Assembly (NCBI GenBank): GCA_013265495.1
Contig: MU058037.1
Span: forward strand, 1,427,498-1,491,497
Direction of reading: 5' to 3'
DNA length: 64,000 nt
Origin: Vicugna vicugna
Lineage: Eukaryota
A program made the position numbers and the translations under genes. Positions 38,201-50,662 of the stretch are shown here, in pieces; position 1 is the stretch's first letter, and the number at the start of each line of letters is the position of its first letter. The notes beneath the pieces are model-generated. The model made no database searches, had not been told where the DNA came from, and was given only the letters and a program-made list of their open reading frames with translations.

Positions 38201-38379
38201 CAAGAGCATCCAAATGTTACAATCTAAAGCTAGAATTGTCTTAAATTGTTCTGGACTTGTCATTTATCTGTAGAGTTTTACAATGAATTCATGAAGAAAC
38301 ACCAGCAATAATTAAAAGAGCTGTATTGAAAATAGAGTGAGGAAAGTCAGGAGTAGAAAAAGGATGTAAATTACTGAGA

Positions 38380-38539
38380 TAGAACATTAATTTTAAATGG
38401 CAGTGGTTTGTCATAGCCATTTAAACTAAAAATGTGATCTACATTAACTTCATTCTCTTTTTGTAAACTCCCCATAACTACTCTTGACATTCTCACAAGC
38501 TTTGTCTTGGCTCAGTGAGTCTCCGAGGGTGTGAACTGC
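38380..38539 (-). pseudogene. Possible pseudo-exon (QFTPSETH*AKTKLVRMSRVVMGSLQKENEVNVDHIF…)
   Basis: Acceptor CACCTCTTCCAG; 3' end unclear. Confidence 0.3.
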
Positions 38540-38575
38540 CTGGAAGAGGTGTGTATTAGTATACGTGAATCCAAG

Positions 38576-39070
38576 TGTATTAGTTATACTTGCTGTGTAA
38601 CAAACTACCCGTCTTAGTAGCTTAAAACAACACATATTTACGGCTTACAGTTTTGTGGGTCAGGAGTCTAGGCATGGCTTAGTTGGGTCCTCTGCTTCAT
38701 GGATTTTCATGAGGCTGCAACCAAGGTGTTGGTGGCCCAGAGTCTCAGTCTTATCTGAATGTTCAGTGGGGGAATGGCCTGTTTATAAGCTCACTCTGTG
38801 ATTGCTGGATGCACTGTTCCCTGCTGGCTGTTGGCTGGGACTGCTCTCAGCTTCTCCCACATGGCCAGTTGCTCCATCAAAACATGCAAACTGAGAAGTC
38901 AAGGCAGAAGTTACAGTCATTTGTAATCTAATCATGGAAATGACATCCCATCACCTTTGCCACATTTTTTTGGTTAGAAGCATGCCACAGGTCCCACCCA
39001 CACTCAAGGGGAGAGGACTGCACAAAGGCATAAACACTGGGGGCTTCAGTGACACACTGGAGACGGTGGG
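38576..39070 (-). mobile_element. MLT1F/G-like LTR
   Basis: TGTATTAGTTA…GCTTAAAACAACAC…GACATCCCATCACCTTTGCCACATT…CACTCAAGGGGAG. Confidence 0.85.
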
Positions 39071-39634
39071 AAGCCCAGGACCCAGGCCAGGAGCACCAGG
39101 AACATCAGAAACCTCTCTTAACAGGAGTTCAGGAAGGGTCAGTTACAAGACTTTGCACCTCTTCAGCCATCACAAGGTAGGATGAGAAGGCTCTAAACCG
39201 CCAATGAGAAAAGCCTAATATAACCATCAAACACCAGAAAGTGAGGAAAGAGAGGTGTGAGGTGGTGTGAAAGTATGAGCACCTCATTGTTCACAGCAGA
39301 GAGTCAATATTGTCTAAAATTGGAACAGGTAGTTTAAAAATTCCAACTCCAACCACTTAACAATACTTTAGAATCTTTTGTTTTCTTAAATTCAGGAATC
39401 TCTTAGAAAATAGTATCTCATAGTAAAGAAATAGCAATTAGGAGTTCTTCAGTTTCGCTTCAGTTTCTTTTTTCTGTGATAGTCAAGTAAAATTAAAAGT
39501 AACATTTTAATATTAAATAAAATGGCATTTACTAGCATTAAATAAAGTAGTAAAAATAAAATAGCATTAAATAAAATAGTAAAAATAGCAGTTAAGTGAT
39601 TTTATTCTCATTTTAATTAAGAACTAGCATTTTC

Positions 39635-40253
39635 ATTTGTTTCTTTAAAAAATTTTTTTTAATTGAAGTATAGTTGACTTACAATGTTGTGTTAGTTTCC
39701 AGTGTACAGATAAGTGATTCAGTTATATATATATATACATACATGTAATACATGTATATTATTTTTCATATTCTTTTGCATTATGGTTTATTACAGGATA
39801 TTGAATATAGTTCCCTGTGCTATACCATGGGACCTTGTTGTTTATTTTATATATAGTTTTGTATCTGCTAATCCCAGACTCCTAATTTTTCCCTCTTCCA
39901 CCCCCTTTCCTCTTTGGTAACCATAAGTCTGTTTTCTATATCTGTGAGTCTGTTTTGTAAATAAGTTCATCCATATCACATTTTAGATTCCACATATAAG
40001 TGATATTATATCATATCTTCTTTCTTGGTCTGGCTTACTTCACTTACTATGATAACCTCCAGGCCCATCCATGTTGCTGCAAATGGCATTATTTCATTCT
40101 TTTTTAATGGCTGAGTAGTATTCCATTGTAATATATACACCACATCTTTATCCAGTCATCTGTCGATGGACATTTAGGTTGCTTCCATGTCTTGGCTATT
40201 GTAAATAGTGCTGCTGTGAACACTGGGGTGCATGTCTCTTTTCGAATTAGAGT
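39635..40253 (-). mobile_element. L1 3' end (L1MA9-like)
   Basis: AATTGAAGTATAGTTGACTTACAATG…CATGTTGCTGCAAATGGCATTATTTC; TSD-like AAGAACTAGCATTTTC / AAGAAATATCATTTTC. Confidence 0.88.
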
Positions 40254-40906
40254 AAGAAATATCATTTTCTTAAAAGCCTCCCTCTCTGTATCTGTCCATA
40301 TATCTATCTTTTCCCATGAATCTAGGTAGTTGTCTGGAACTCTCCTAATGTTAGTGATAATTGCTTCTGGATAGTGTTTTATAGGTGACAGTCAACTTCC
40401 TTTACTTTGTACTTTTCTAGACGATCTGAATTCTTCACAATAAACATGGATTATGTTGATAAAAGAAGACTAATTTTTCTTTAAAAAGAAAAAAATAAAG
40501 AGAAGGGAAGAAAGCATCAACTGGGTGAGGGGAGAGAAAGAGAGAGAAACCATGGAAGCAGATATGGCAAGACATTAACAGCAGATTATTCTGGATGTGT
40601 AAATGTGGACAATTTCTATTACCTCCTTTATACTTTCTTGTTTTGTTTTGTTAGATTTTCAAAAGCAGTTCTGTGTGTTGCCAAGGACATGGGAGCTTTT
40701 GGTCTCTTTTCTTCCAAAGGACAATTTGAAGACTGGGACGACTATTAAGTGAGGGGTTATAAAACGTTACTTTGTGAAGAGAGCTTCCTAACGAAAGGCT
40801 GAGACGGAGTCAATGGCACAGCCTCCTTTAAACTACTTGTGCTGAATCCCTGAGGGCGTCTAGGGTAAGTTTTGTGGGACAGGGATATAAATAATTAACT
40901 GCTCAC

Positions 40907-41416
40907 ATGTGTTGCTTCTTGTGGGTGAATCATACACTGGGTACATGGCTCGCTCAGTATACTTCTCCTGGCAAGCAGGTGGCCATCTAGGGCGATAACC
41001 CAGCGAAGCTCTAAGGATTTGAGCATGTTGACTTAGAACTAGTCATACGAACATGCTTCTATTTACCTGGGAAAATACAGTGGCTTTAAGTTTTGTTTTT
41101 AGAGTTACCCTTTGAGGTTTATACCTGCAAAACCTGAAGATGTTCAGATGTAAGCCTTGTGTAAATTTTAAATATCTCTCTTGTAAAAACTAAGTAAATG
41201 TCAACTTAGAAGTTTCTGGTATTGTAACATTTTCTTTAGAGAAATGTTAAGCTTATCATAAAAGGAATTCTTGTGAGAAGAAAAAACCCAACTCTGTACT
41301 GTCTTTGGGAGGCCACTTAGAGCTATCAGGGGGCTTTTGTCTTCAACAGATTTCGGGGCGTAACAATCTTGAGAAAGAAGCCCTTGTGTGTAGTTCCAGT
41401 TTAGCACATTGCTTCA
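40907..41416 (-). pseudogene. One or two pseudo-exons (…SFYDKLNISLKKMLQYQKLLS*… and …VNRSMFV*LVLSQHAQILRASLG…)
   Basis: Acceptors TTCTTCCATAG (41417) and TTTTCCCAG (41067); donor CAT|GTGAGC (40906). Confidence 0.4.
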
Positions 41417-41632
41417 CTATGGAAGAATAAATCAGTTAAAAAAGGAAATGAAATGCATTAAACAAATGGAAAATTATTTTGTAAAATCCCAAGACTCAAA
41501 TCAAAGAACCAGCAGATTCATGACAGCAGATCAAGGACTGACTAAATGACTAAATGGTTTGGAAATTTAAAGGCGTGCCAGGAGAGGCCACTAAGGAGTG
41601 GGAGTGAGCACGCTGTCACTGGTGTCATCCCA

Positions 41633-41953
41633 TCAGAATACTGGAGCTGGAAGAGTCTCCAGCAGAATAACAGAGGATGAGAAGTCACTTCCAGCCGCGA
41701 ATGGAAAAGAAGACTTTGGACAGGCTGTCCTTTGGGCAAGGCCTTGTGGGAAATCGTGGGTTTCCACATAATGGGCAACAAATTTCCAAGTAGAAGAATA
41801 GTTCTTATTTCCTATTTGGTGGAGGAAACTTGGGGCAATCCAGATATCTAGCAGTTTTGAGAAACTTGGTCTCAGCTCTAAAGGCACCAACACCAGTGAG
41901 GCAAGACCTATCCGAATGGCTCTGAAGGCTGATTTCCTCCCAACTTTTGTGAG
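41633..41953 (-). pseudogene. Pseudo-exon (LTKVGRKSAFRAIRIGLASLVLVPLELRPSF…LLETLPAPVF*)
   Basis: Acceptor TTGTCCCTAAG; phase 0, compatible with the preceding exon; 106 open codons. Confidence 0.4.
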
Positions 41954-42358
41954 CTTAGGGACAATCTGGCTCAGTAGGTCCGGTTAACTCAAGAAAAGGA
42001 CAGGCCGATAGCAGCTGCTAGGTCTGGAGGCTTCCCCTTTTTAATAAGGCCCCTTGTACACCCACGAACCTTCCACCATGTTACACAGTCGCATCTCCTG
42101 GCCCCCTGACTGTAGAATTACAGTACGTGGAGCATCATGGGAAGGGAAGGATCCTCTATGGAATGCTGGCTATGGTCAGCAATGCGACAATCTGAGTTCG
42201 GGGGGATTGCATGTGCTTTCCTCCTCTTTTATACATTTTCCTTCAATAAATGCAACTTTTTTTCTTGCACCATGTGTTGCTAGTGGTATGGGTCCTGACA
42301 ATGGTTAGAAACTTGATTTTTTTAAAGAGGGTTATCTTACGAAGCAAATGGTGCTTAT

Positions 42359-42597
42359 CTAAGTGTACAGTGATGTTCCATGTTCCCATCTAAAAGCTTG
42401 CTTAAATTTACAGCCAGACTTAAGTTTCATCTGATGCATAATCCAAGTACAGCTGGTTAATGATGACCTGGATGCTTTCAAAGCTTTATTCCTCTTATGA
42501 GCACATCTGCAGGCTAGTTGCTCACAAATATGATCAGCTGAGTTTTCCAAAAGCCTAGAAGCTATCCCCAAAGAAGCTATCCCCAAATCTCAAAATT
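42359..42597 (-). pseudogene. Pseudo-exon (EF*DLGIASLGIASRLLENSADHICEQL…)
   Basis: Acceptor TAG at 42600-42598; 239 nt; degenerate donor AG|ATAAGC; in-frame 15-nt duplication. Confidence 0.5.
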
Positions 42598-42659
42598 CTA
42601 CACTAAATCTTTCTGATTTGTTACAGTAATATCAAGGCAAGAGTCTTTGTTATCACTGA

Positions 42660-44110
42660 TAATATTTTAAATAAAGTTGATCATTGTTCCCCATTGTAAA
42701 AGCAATAGTGTCATGGTAGAGAATTTGGTATATGTAGAAAAGAACTAAGAGAAAAAAATATCCCCTGTAATATTCCCCTGGATGTAACTACTCTTCATTT
42801 TAATGTATATCCTTTCAGCTATTTTTTTCTGTGTGTGCAGATTTAGTTAAAATAATATTGAAGTTATGCTTTTGTAACCTTATGTTTTCACTTGACAATA
42901 ATACATTATGGGCATTTTCCCATGTCATTAAATATCTTTCTAAAAATAATCTTAAAGGTTACCTAGTATTCTAGGATTTGGATCTTTCTTGAATTTCATA
43001 TATTTAAAAATGTTTATAAATAATATAATAAACATCCTTATATGAAAATCTTGTATATTCTTGTGACTATTTCCTTAGATGAAATCCCTAGATATAGAAC
43101 CGTGGGATAATGGGTATGAGTAAGTGTGAGGCAGCCCAATTATTTCCCCCTTGTAGATGTTTTCATCAACTTCCTGAATACTTGAATTTTTTCTTTTTTC
43201 AAAGTTCAAAAACTTAAAAACAGAATATATCTCAATGTTTAATGTTCTGTATATTTCCCTAGAATGAAGTGTAGCATTTCAATCAGAAAATTCATTTATT
43301 TCTTTCAGGGATTTTTCTTGTATAATACTCACAAACATACCACCTTGCATTAGTGGGCATCTCTATTTCAGGGTTATCAGTTGTCCTTATATTGGATCAT
43401 CATTATCTGTCTCTCACATATATTCACTTCCTTTTAATTGTCTTTATCTCTTATCCTTTCATCTATATTCCTATGATTATCCCAAGAGTTTCTCTATAGT
43501 CATAAGTAGATTTTAGCTAATAGCTTTATGAGTATTGAAAATATGAAAATCAAAAATATAAATGAGAAAAAAATTACCTACAGTTTGCCCAGTTATAATT
43601 ACTGATGATATTCTGGCTCATACCCTTCTAGACTTTTATTTTTATATTCAAGTGCTTCTATATATGCCTATCTTTAAAAATGCATTCTTTCTAATCTAGG
43701 AATTCCATTAATGGACTTTTCCTAAGGAAATAATCACACAGGAATGCAAAGATGTTTGTATAAGGATGTTCTCTGTAGCTTAGTTTATCAGAGTGAAAAC
43801 CTGGAAGTAATCTGAAAATCAGAAGCAGATTCGTTAAACTTTGCTATATTCATCTAAGTAACACTATACAAACATCAGAAAGGGTATATATAATTACATA
43901 CATTTACTTGAGAATATCCTCAAAACATTAAATAAGAATTGGTTTTGAAACAGCACATGTGGTATGATCCCACCAGTGTTAGTGGCTACTAAGTGGAAAG
44001 ACTTAGGGCATTTTTGCTTTCTTTGTTACTCCTTTCTGTTTTGGTCAGGATTTTGAAATTTCTGTATCTTTGAAAAGAAATGGGGAAAATTAACAACATA
44101 GTTTATTTAA
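42660..44110. mobile_element. Mosaic of ancient L1ME fragments
   Basis: AT-rich with L1ME 3' motifs (CATTTTCCCATGTCATTAAATA; CAAAGATGTTTGTATAAGGATGTTC). Confidence 0.65.
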
Positions 44111-44839
44111 GGAGAAAATATGTCCTATGTAATCCTTAGGCTGAACACTGACACAGAACTTCATTACCAGGTCACCATGGCTTCAGGTGCACTCTCCAAT
44201 TAACAGTCACAGGCTTATATGGTGTACTCTGCTTACAATGTCAATTTGTAAAACTATTCAATGTTTACTGTGTATCAAACATCTGTACTATACAAACTCA
44301 TTCCTCATGGATTTTTGGATGAAAGAAATGCTTTGAGAAATCCCTTTCTGCTGCTTATTTCAATCTGAAGACATGATTGCAAGGGCAACCGCACTTGCTG
44401 CTGTTTTTCATGTTGCATACTTCCTAGCACGCTGCAGAGTCCTACTCCTGGGGCTCTGAAAACCCAAGTTCCAGGCCCTACTCTGCCCCTAAGTAAATGT
44501 GAGTGCTTTTGAGCAAGTATTATGGGGAGATCCTGGGTAAAATCCCATCAGAGGGCATGAATGTACTGACTGATCCCTCCCGTGTAATGATGTTTCCTTT
44601 CTACAGGTGTATAAATTACTAATGAAAGGTGGCTTAATACGTTAATATATTGTGCCAATCAATCCTTGCTATAAATACTATAGTTCGAGGGTTACTCTAT
44701 GCTTTTCTGTAAGGTGCTTGCCTATTTTTACTGAGGGAGAGTGAACAATATATGTAAACTCCTCACTGAAAGGCATTTTTTCCGGGACTATATATATTTC
44801 CCTAAGGTACTTAGGGAGAATATCTATATTTACTATCTA

Positions 44840-45020
44840 TAATGTATCAAGTGCTATTATGAATTAACACACCCCTCGCCCCTGTCCTATGTAGCCCTAG
44901 GATAAGAAAACTGAACTTGGGGAGTCACATAAATTGTCCCATGTTAAATGGCTTGAGAACGGTAGAGCCAGGATTTGAACCTGGGCATGCTGGCCCCAGA
45001 ACCCACCCTTCTAACATTGT
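44840..45020 (-). mobile_element. MIR SINE
   Basis: GATAAGAAAACTGAA…AGAGCCAGGATTTGAACCTGGGCA. Confidence 0.75.
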
Positions 45021-46230
45021 ACTAAATGTATTTCTTTCTTTAGGTAAAAGCACAGAGTTGCTGACGGAATCATGACTGGTTGCTAGGCTCAAGGGAATTA
45101 AAAAAAATATCAATGAGGAAGATAGAGGCAGATTGGGATGAGAGAGAAAGAGCAGGGCAGGTCCATGAAGTCACCCTCAGGAGTCTTATTTGGATAGGAA
45201 TGTGCTCAGAGCTTGCTATCTTTCTGTTGGATTACAATGTCCACCTGGAGGGTGAGGGTTGAGAGATGCTAGATGACTGCTGTCCTAGTGGCGGACAGAG
45301 AACGAAAATGAGCATGTTCCAACCTCCCTCACAGCACTTGTCAACCTGACCCTGTGATTTGGCTGTTTACTGATCTTTGGGCACTGAGCAGTGTCTGGGT
45401 CACCAGTGCTTAGTCATGCAGCCCCTGAGGACAAGCCTGTTTACTGCTTAATGGGCAACAGGTCTACTCAGCATTGGTGTCAAGCATTATCTGGGTACGA
45501 TGTGTCTGATCTTCATGATATCATCCATAGCTGATGCTGCTGGGACCACGGATCTACCCATCCAGCCTTCTCCTGGAGTGGGAATTCTGGGGTCTCAGAG
45601 CCTCCCTAGATGTTAGTAGATTTGATGACTTTCTGTTAGTTTAGTGTGGGCCCAGCTGATGTGGTCAGTGCCCAACCATATCCCTTCATCCCCTTTACCA
45701 TTTTTGTGTCCACCCACTTCTGGTGGAGGTACCTTCATTCCCCAAAACAAACACCTGCATCTCCTTGCTGGAGGGCTGCCCCTGGCTGCTGGCACCTGCT
45801 TTGCCCGTGCAAAGACACAGCTGGAGGTGCCCCCAGGGGAAGCCCCTGACCAATGACTGACAGTCCAGGAGGAGCAACTCCAGTCCTTGGGCTCCCAATG
45901 GGGACCCCTGAGGTGTGACCTCCACTGTCCACAGAGTGCCCTCAGGACTGAGCCCAGGCTACCCTCCGTGGGCTTTGGTGACTGCTGCACCCTTGCCTAG
46001 CCCCTTCCTCCCCGGCCCCCTTCACCTCTATGATAGTGGTTTTTCTTGGGAAAATCACTTCCATGCACTGGGAGTATATTCAAAGTTCAGACCGCTTCCG
46101 AGTCTGCTGTGGTTACTTTCTGCCAGACTCCTACGTCTCCCCTGCACAGTGCAGGCTCTGTCAGTCAGGGACATGCGTATAAAAATGCCTTGAAGGCTCC
46201 TCTGGGTATGAAAAGGGAGACTCAAGACAT

Positions 46231-46400
46231 AGTCAGGGAACAAGACCAAGGATGCCCAGGTTTTCTACTTCTATTCAACATAGAATTGGAAGTTCTAGCT
46301 AGAGAAATTAGGCAAGGGAAAAAAAAAGGCATCCAAATTGGAAAGGAAGTAAAGTAACCTCTGTTTACAGATAAAATGATCTCCTATGTTGAAAGCCCAA
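46231..46400 (+). mobile_element. L1 ORF2 reverse-transcriptase fragment
   Basis: [36 protein letters not shown], followed by a degenerate LF(A)DDMI. Confidence 0.9.
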
Positions 46401-46762
46401 AGACTACACCCTTCCCACACACATACCCCACCTCTCCCACACGCACAGCATGGTCACGATGGTCTGGCCAGGCTAAACTGCCCAGGGGAAGAGAAAGTTG
46501 AAGTGTTTTAAACAATGGAGTGGCATAATGTTTGGGGTTTCCGGGAACAATTTAGGAGGAGGGGGTGGTCAGGGCAGGGTAAAAGAGGAGAAGGCAACGA
46601 GACGGGGCCAGCAACGTGGCATAGTGGCCCCTGAGGAGGAAAAGCTGACAGATGGGTAATTTTAAAAACAAGAACAGCTATGAGTTCTGCCTGCTACTCT
46701 ACACTTTGCTGCTTCTCTGTGCCTGTCCTACCCAAATCTTCAGTGAAAGGCTTTTTTATCCA

Positions 46763-47517
46763 TCACTGGCTGTATGGGGAATCAAGGCAGGAAGGGAAAC
46801 AAAGGCTTAGGGACCGTGTTCCATGGTTGGGTGAGTGCAGAGTGGAAAGTATGGAACAACCCCAGGAAGCAAAACATGAGTGAGATGGGGCATCAACAGA
46901 AGCAGGAATTGAAACAAGGAGCTTCCTCAGAGCTACTGGGGGCATGCTGGCTTTTCCCACCACCCATGGGAAGGGGGCTGGCACCATTTTTACGGAACTA
47001 TTAAAGACAGCTGGAAGGTTTCGGGCCAGCCAGGTGGCTGAGGCAGGGGCTATGCTTGTTGTATGCCGAATGGTGGTGGGCGGCCCTCCTACAGTGGGCA
47101 GTCTGGAAACACTGCTCTTGCCACTGTCTTCATATTCTGGTGGCACTGTGCTCTTTGCAGCGTGACAGGGCAGGGCACATCTGACTGCTTTAGTGGGAAA
47201 TGTCTTCTGCTTGGGCTTCAAACTGTGAAACGTCCTGAGTGATGACATTAAATGTTACTCAGAGACCAGCCACTTGTTTAACGGCCGTTTCCTGCCCATG
47301 ACTATATAGGTAACTCTTAGCAGATACTGTTGCAGAATCTTTCTTAACAAATGGACAAATGCGACAAGATTTTTCAGGCTGTTAAGATCACTAATATCTT
47401 TAAGACAATTAAAAGCAGGTGAGAGCGAACTATCTTTCCTGTAGGTTTCCCAGTGCTGGCGAGATCTCGTGTGGAATCTTTCCGTTAGTCACTGACCACC
47501 ATCGTTAGAGAGAGATT
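46763..47517 (-). pseudogene. Pseudo-exon(s), cupredoxin-like region (ESLSNDGGQ*LTERFHTRSRQHWETYRKDSSL…)
   Basis: Acceptor CTATTTTCAG; one frame from 47518 to 46763 (252 codons) with only two internal stops (47491, 47257). Confidence 0.55.
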
Positions 47518-47949
47518 CTGAAAATAGCAGAAATGGCACAGTTGACATATTGGCCATGTGTCAGACACAGGAAAAGTTCAGGAAAGAATAGAATATTTCT
47601 ATAGAAAAGCATTGGTTTAAAAAAAGCATCTTAAGTCCCAAGCGCTGCAACTCCTTCAACAGGTGTGAGTGACTGGAGAAATTTCCAGTGTGGGCCTGGA
47701 GAGGGAGCTGCCCTCTAGCCGTCAGTCAGTCGCTGGTCAAGGGTAGCCCGTGGGAGATGTAAGTTTGCAGGCACTTCTGCCTCTCTTCCTGTGCACAGGC
47801 AAGGTGGGCTCCAGCAGCCCCAGGGCGCCGGCCCACAGAGGGACATGGTGCTGGCTGCTGGGAGCAAAGCCACTGGGACTGATGTGCGCAGAAATGGTAA
47901 AGCGGTGGAGGGGATATGGGCGGGGCTCTGACAGGGTCTGCTAAATCGT

Positions 47950-48330
47950 GTCACCTTGGATGAGTTCCCTATCTTCCTCCAGCTTCAGGTAACTCTTCTT
48001 ATGGCCTGGCACGTTCTACTTCTACTTGTATGTTTTCTTTCAAGGTTCTATATTGCTAGAAGGTTCTTGTTTATGCTCTGGCAAAATTTTTCTTTGTAAC
48101 TTCAACTTACTGGTCCTGGGCCTGCCTTCTGTCCCTCTTGCCCTTCAGAAAGTTGAAAACAGCAATTATTTAACCCACCAGAGGGTTCTTTCCTCTTAGT
48201 CTAAAATCTCCAGCTGCTTCACCTTTCTCCAGGAGGACAAATGTTTCCAGACCGCATCTCTTTCTGGCTGGTCATTTTGGGCATTCCCTGACTTATCAAA
48301 GGGCCTCTTAGCATGTGGCATCCACACAGG
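47950..48330 (-). mobile_element. L3/CR1 fragment
   Basis: CTATATTGCTAGAAGGTTCTT…TGTAACTTC…CTGGTCCT…CCCTTCAGAAAGTTGAAAACAGC. Confidence 0.65.
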
Positions 48331-48673
48331 AAATTTGGCTCCAGTTACCTTCTGATTTGAGTATTCAATCAAGTGTTGTTTAGGAAAGTGTGTTGGTTAC
48401 CAAATCATCATCTCATGCCACACTGATGGTTGTTAACATCATCTTGTCGGGGGTTGGAAAGGGTAAACAAACCCTCGATCTATTTTAAAGTCATATGGTG
48501 ACTTTTAGCACAGCTGCTAATTTTTCCCGTCTAAGTCTCTGACCTCTGACTTTTTTGGAGTTAATGGGCTTCCTCTTTTTTGGGGGGAAAATGTTGACAT
48601 CACATCCAGAACAAGTTGTTACTGAGAATAGTGAATTCAAGCTGTAGCAGCAATTATTAACAAGCCTCTACCA

Positions 48674-48850
48674 CAGCGGTTCTCACACTTCCGTGTGCAT
48701 CAGAATCCCTCGGGGCAGGGGGGTTGTTAAAGCAGATTGCTGGGCTCACTCACAGGGTTTCTGGTGCAGTAGGTTTGAGGTGGAGCTGGGAATTTACACT
48801 TCTTAACAGGTTCCCAGGTGATGCTACAGGAGGACCACTGAAAACCACTG
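48674..48850 (-). mobile_element. MER5A
   Basis: CAGCGGTTCTCA…GCATCAGAATC…CAGATTGCTGGGC…AAACCACTG. Confidence 0.85.
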
Positions 48851-49354
48851 CTCTATTACATTCCCTGGCTGCTTGGCCTCTGGTATTATTAGTTTCCAGA
48901 AGGCTGGACGAAGTGGTCCCGCCTTCCTCAGTGGAGGGCCACCCACTGTGAGCTGCTTGATTCCTAGAGCTGTGAGCTCATGGCCAGACCAGGATGTGTC
49001 TGCAGCCCCAGCTGTGTGAAGGGAAGAAAGAGAAGCAGAGAGAAAGAAGTGTCCCAGCCAAGTTCCTCTTAAAAACCTTTTACTTCTCCCACTGATGGTG
49101 CCATTCCCTATATAAATGTTTAACTCAGCATTACTTATGCCAAAGACTGTGACAGGAGCTGGATATACAAAGACCAAGAAACAGTCCCTGCCCTCAAGGA
49201 GTTTACAGTCTGAAGGGGGAGGGCAACTTGTAAGCAGATCATTTTCAACATAACGATCACATCCTACTTAATACTGCAAAGAAATTAAAATATTGATACT
49301 GTCCATAACCATTATTCAAAGGACAAGAATGTTTTTGGATGGACTGATAGTTAC

Positions 49355-49630
49355 ATATTCTAAACAAGAACTTGCAAACATGTCTAATATGAAAATTTCT
49401 TCAGTTAAAACAGCTCATCATTATCCTCAATGGCAAAATATGTTAAGGTGGCATGTTGGGCCAACAGTGAGCATATACTTGTATACAAAATTGAACTTTT
49501 GATGTCAAGAGTTTAAAATCTTCCACAGCATCCTTATTCTCAAGGAAGTGTGATATTTTGAATTGAAACTGAATGCATGGTGATGGACAGATCTGATGGG
49601 ATGTGATCCAATTTCGGGATTAGGAATATG
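49355..49630 (-). pseudogene. Pseudo-exon (…HQICPSPCIQFQFKISHFLENKDAVEDFKLLTSKSSILYTSICSLLAQHATLTYFAIEDNDELF*)
   Basis: Acceptor TTTTTTAAACAG; about 70 open codons in AT-rich DNA; donor uncertain. Confidence 0.4.
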
Positions 49631-49724
49631 CTGTTTAAAAAACTGTATTTAACCTTTATCACTCTGAAATTTGGTTTAAATAAACTGACTGTGTGTTGCA
49701 CTATTTTATTTTTATCATACATGA

Positions 49725-49920
49725 GGTCACATAATATAGTAGGGAGGGAGCCCTGGATTCTGGTCCAGACTCTGTAACTCAATATCCAAGTCACCCAGAA
49801 AAACCGTACTCTCTCTGGGGCTCATTTGCCACATTTGTTTAAAAAGAGAAACAAGAAATTGGGGAGGAAAGGGAGAGGGTTTGGCTAAATGATCTCAAAT
49901 ACCCCTTCTAGCAAAATTCT
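49725..49920 (+). mobile_element. MIR3-like SINE
   Basis: AAGTCAC…CTCTCTGGGGCTCATTTGCCACATTTG…GCTAAATGATCTCAAATACCCCTTCTAGC. Confidence 0.6.
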
Positions 49921-50662
49921 ATCAGATTGAGTAAAGGCCACTTTATTTCACTACACAAATCTTTGCACAGTGAACCAAACCTGTATTTTAGTTTTAAACT
50001 AAGAATTTAAGTATTTAAAAAAAATGAAAAACCCAAACTAACCAGCACCCCCCCCATCTGTAGCTCTAACATTAGGAATTCAAATTGGAGTATTTTTAGC
50101 CTCTGGAGTTTAAGCAGGCCCTTAACCTGAGTCCCTGCCTGCATTTTGTAATTTGGCTAACTTAAGTCATAAAGCAGTTCCCTTTTTGACAACAAAGCAC
50201 AACAATTTTACTAATATTCTTATGAACTTCAAGAATTACTTCTAATTGGAGACCTTGTAAGTACCAACAGCATACCAGGCAGAAAATGAAAGAATTTTAT
50301 CTTTCCTTGGATTTTTTTTTTCTATGAAATACAACCCCAAGTGTCAGAAATGCACGTTATTTCAGATGCCTTCAAAAGGTTCGCTTAAAGCAGATTACCA
50401 AAGGGGTTGTGTTAGAAAACAGAAAAATCAATTCTAGATGAAAAGCAAAACACAGAGAAAGTCTCCAAATTGGCAAGAAAGAAGAGCTATATTAATCATT
50501 TAGTTATTTAAGAGCAGGGTGGAGGAAACGGAGAAATGCTTTCCTAATGTCTCAAGATTGGGGTGGTTTCAGTCATTTCTGTGTTGGGTGCATCTTACAA
50601 AAATAACTTCGTGAGGAGGGGCCCTTAGAAACTCCAGCCTCTACTGAGCTTTGCAGCCTTAC

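Noticed and set aside
39510..39600. Imperfect TAAATAAAATAG(C/T)A tandem repeat; short (CA)n at 17023-17039
   Set aside because: Ordinary low-complexity or simple repeats
44170..44365. Additional AG-GT bounded minus-strand segment (similar ones at 48349-48640, 33573-33657, 27210-27390)
   Set aside because: Too many stops or weak splice sites to call by eye; worth rechecking once an intact ortholog is aligned
47430..47490. LRR-like peptide GKIPHEISPALGNLQ in an alternative minus-strand frame
   Set aside because: Single short match bounded by stops; another frame explains the region better
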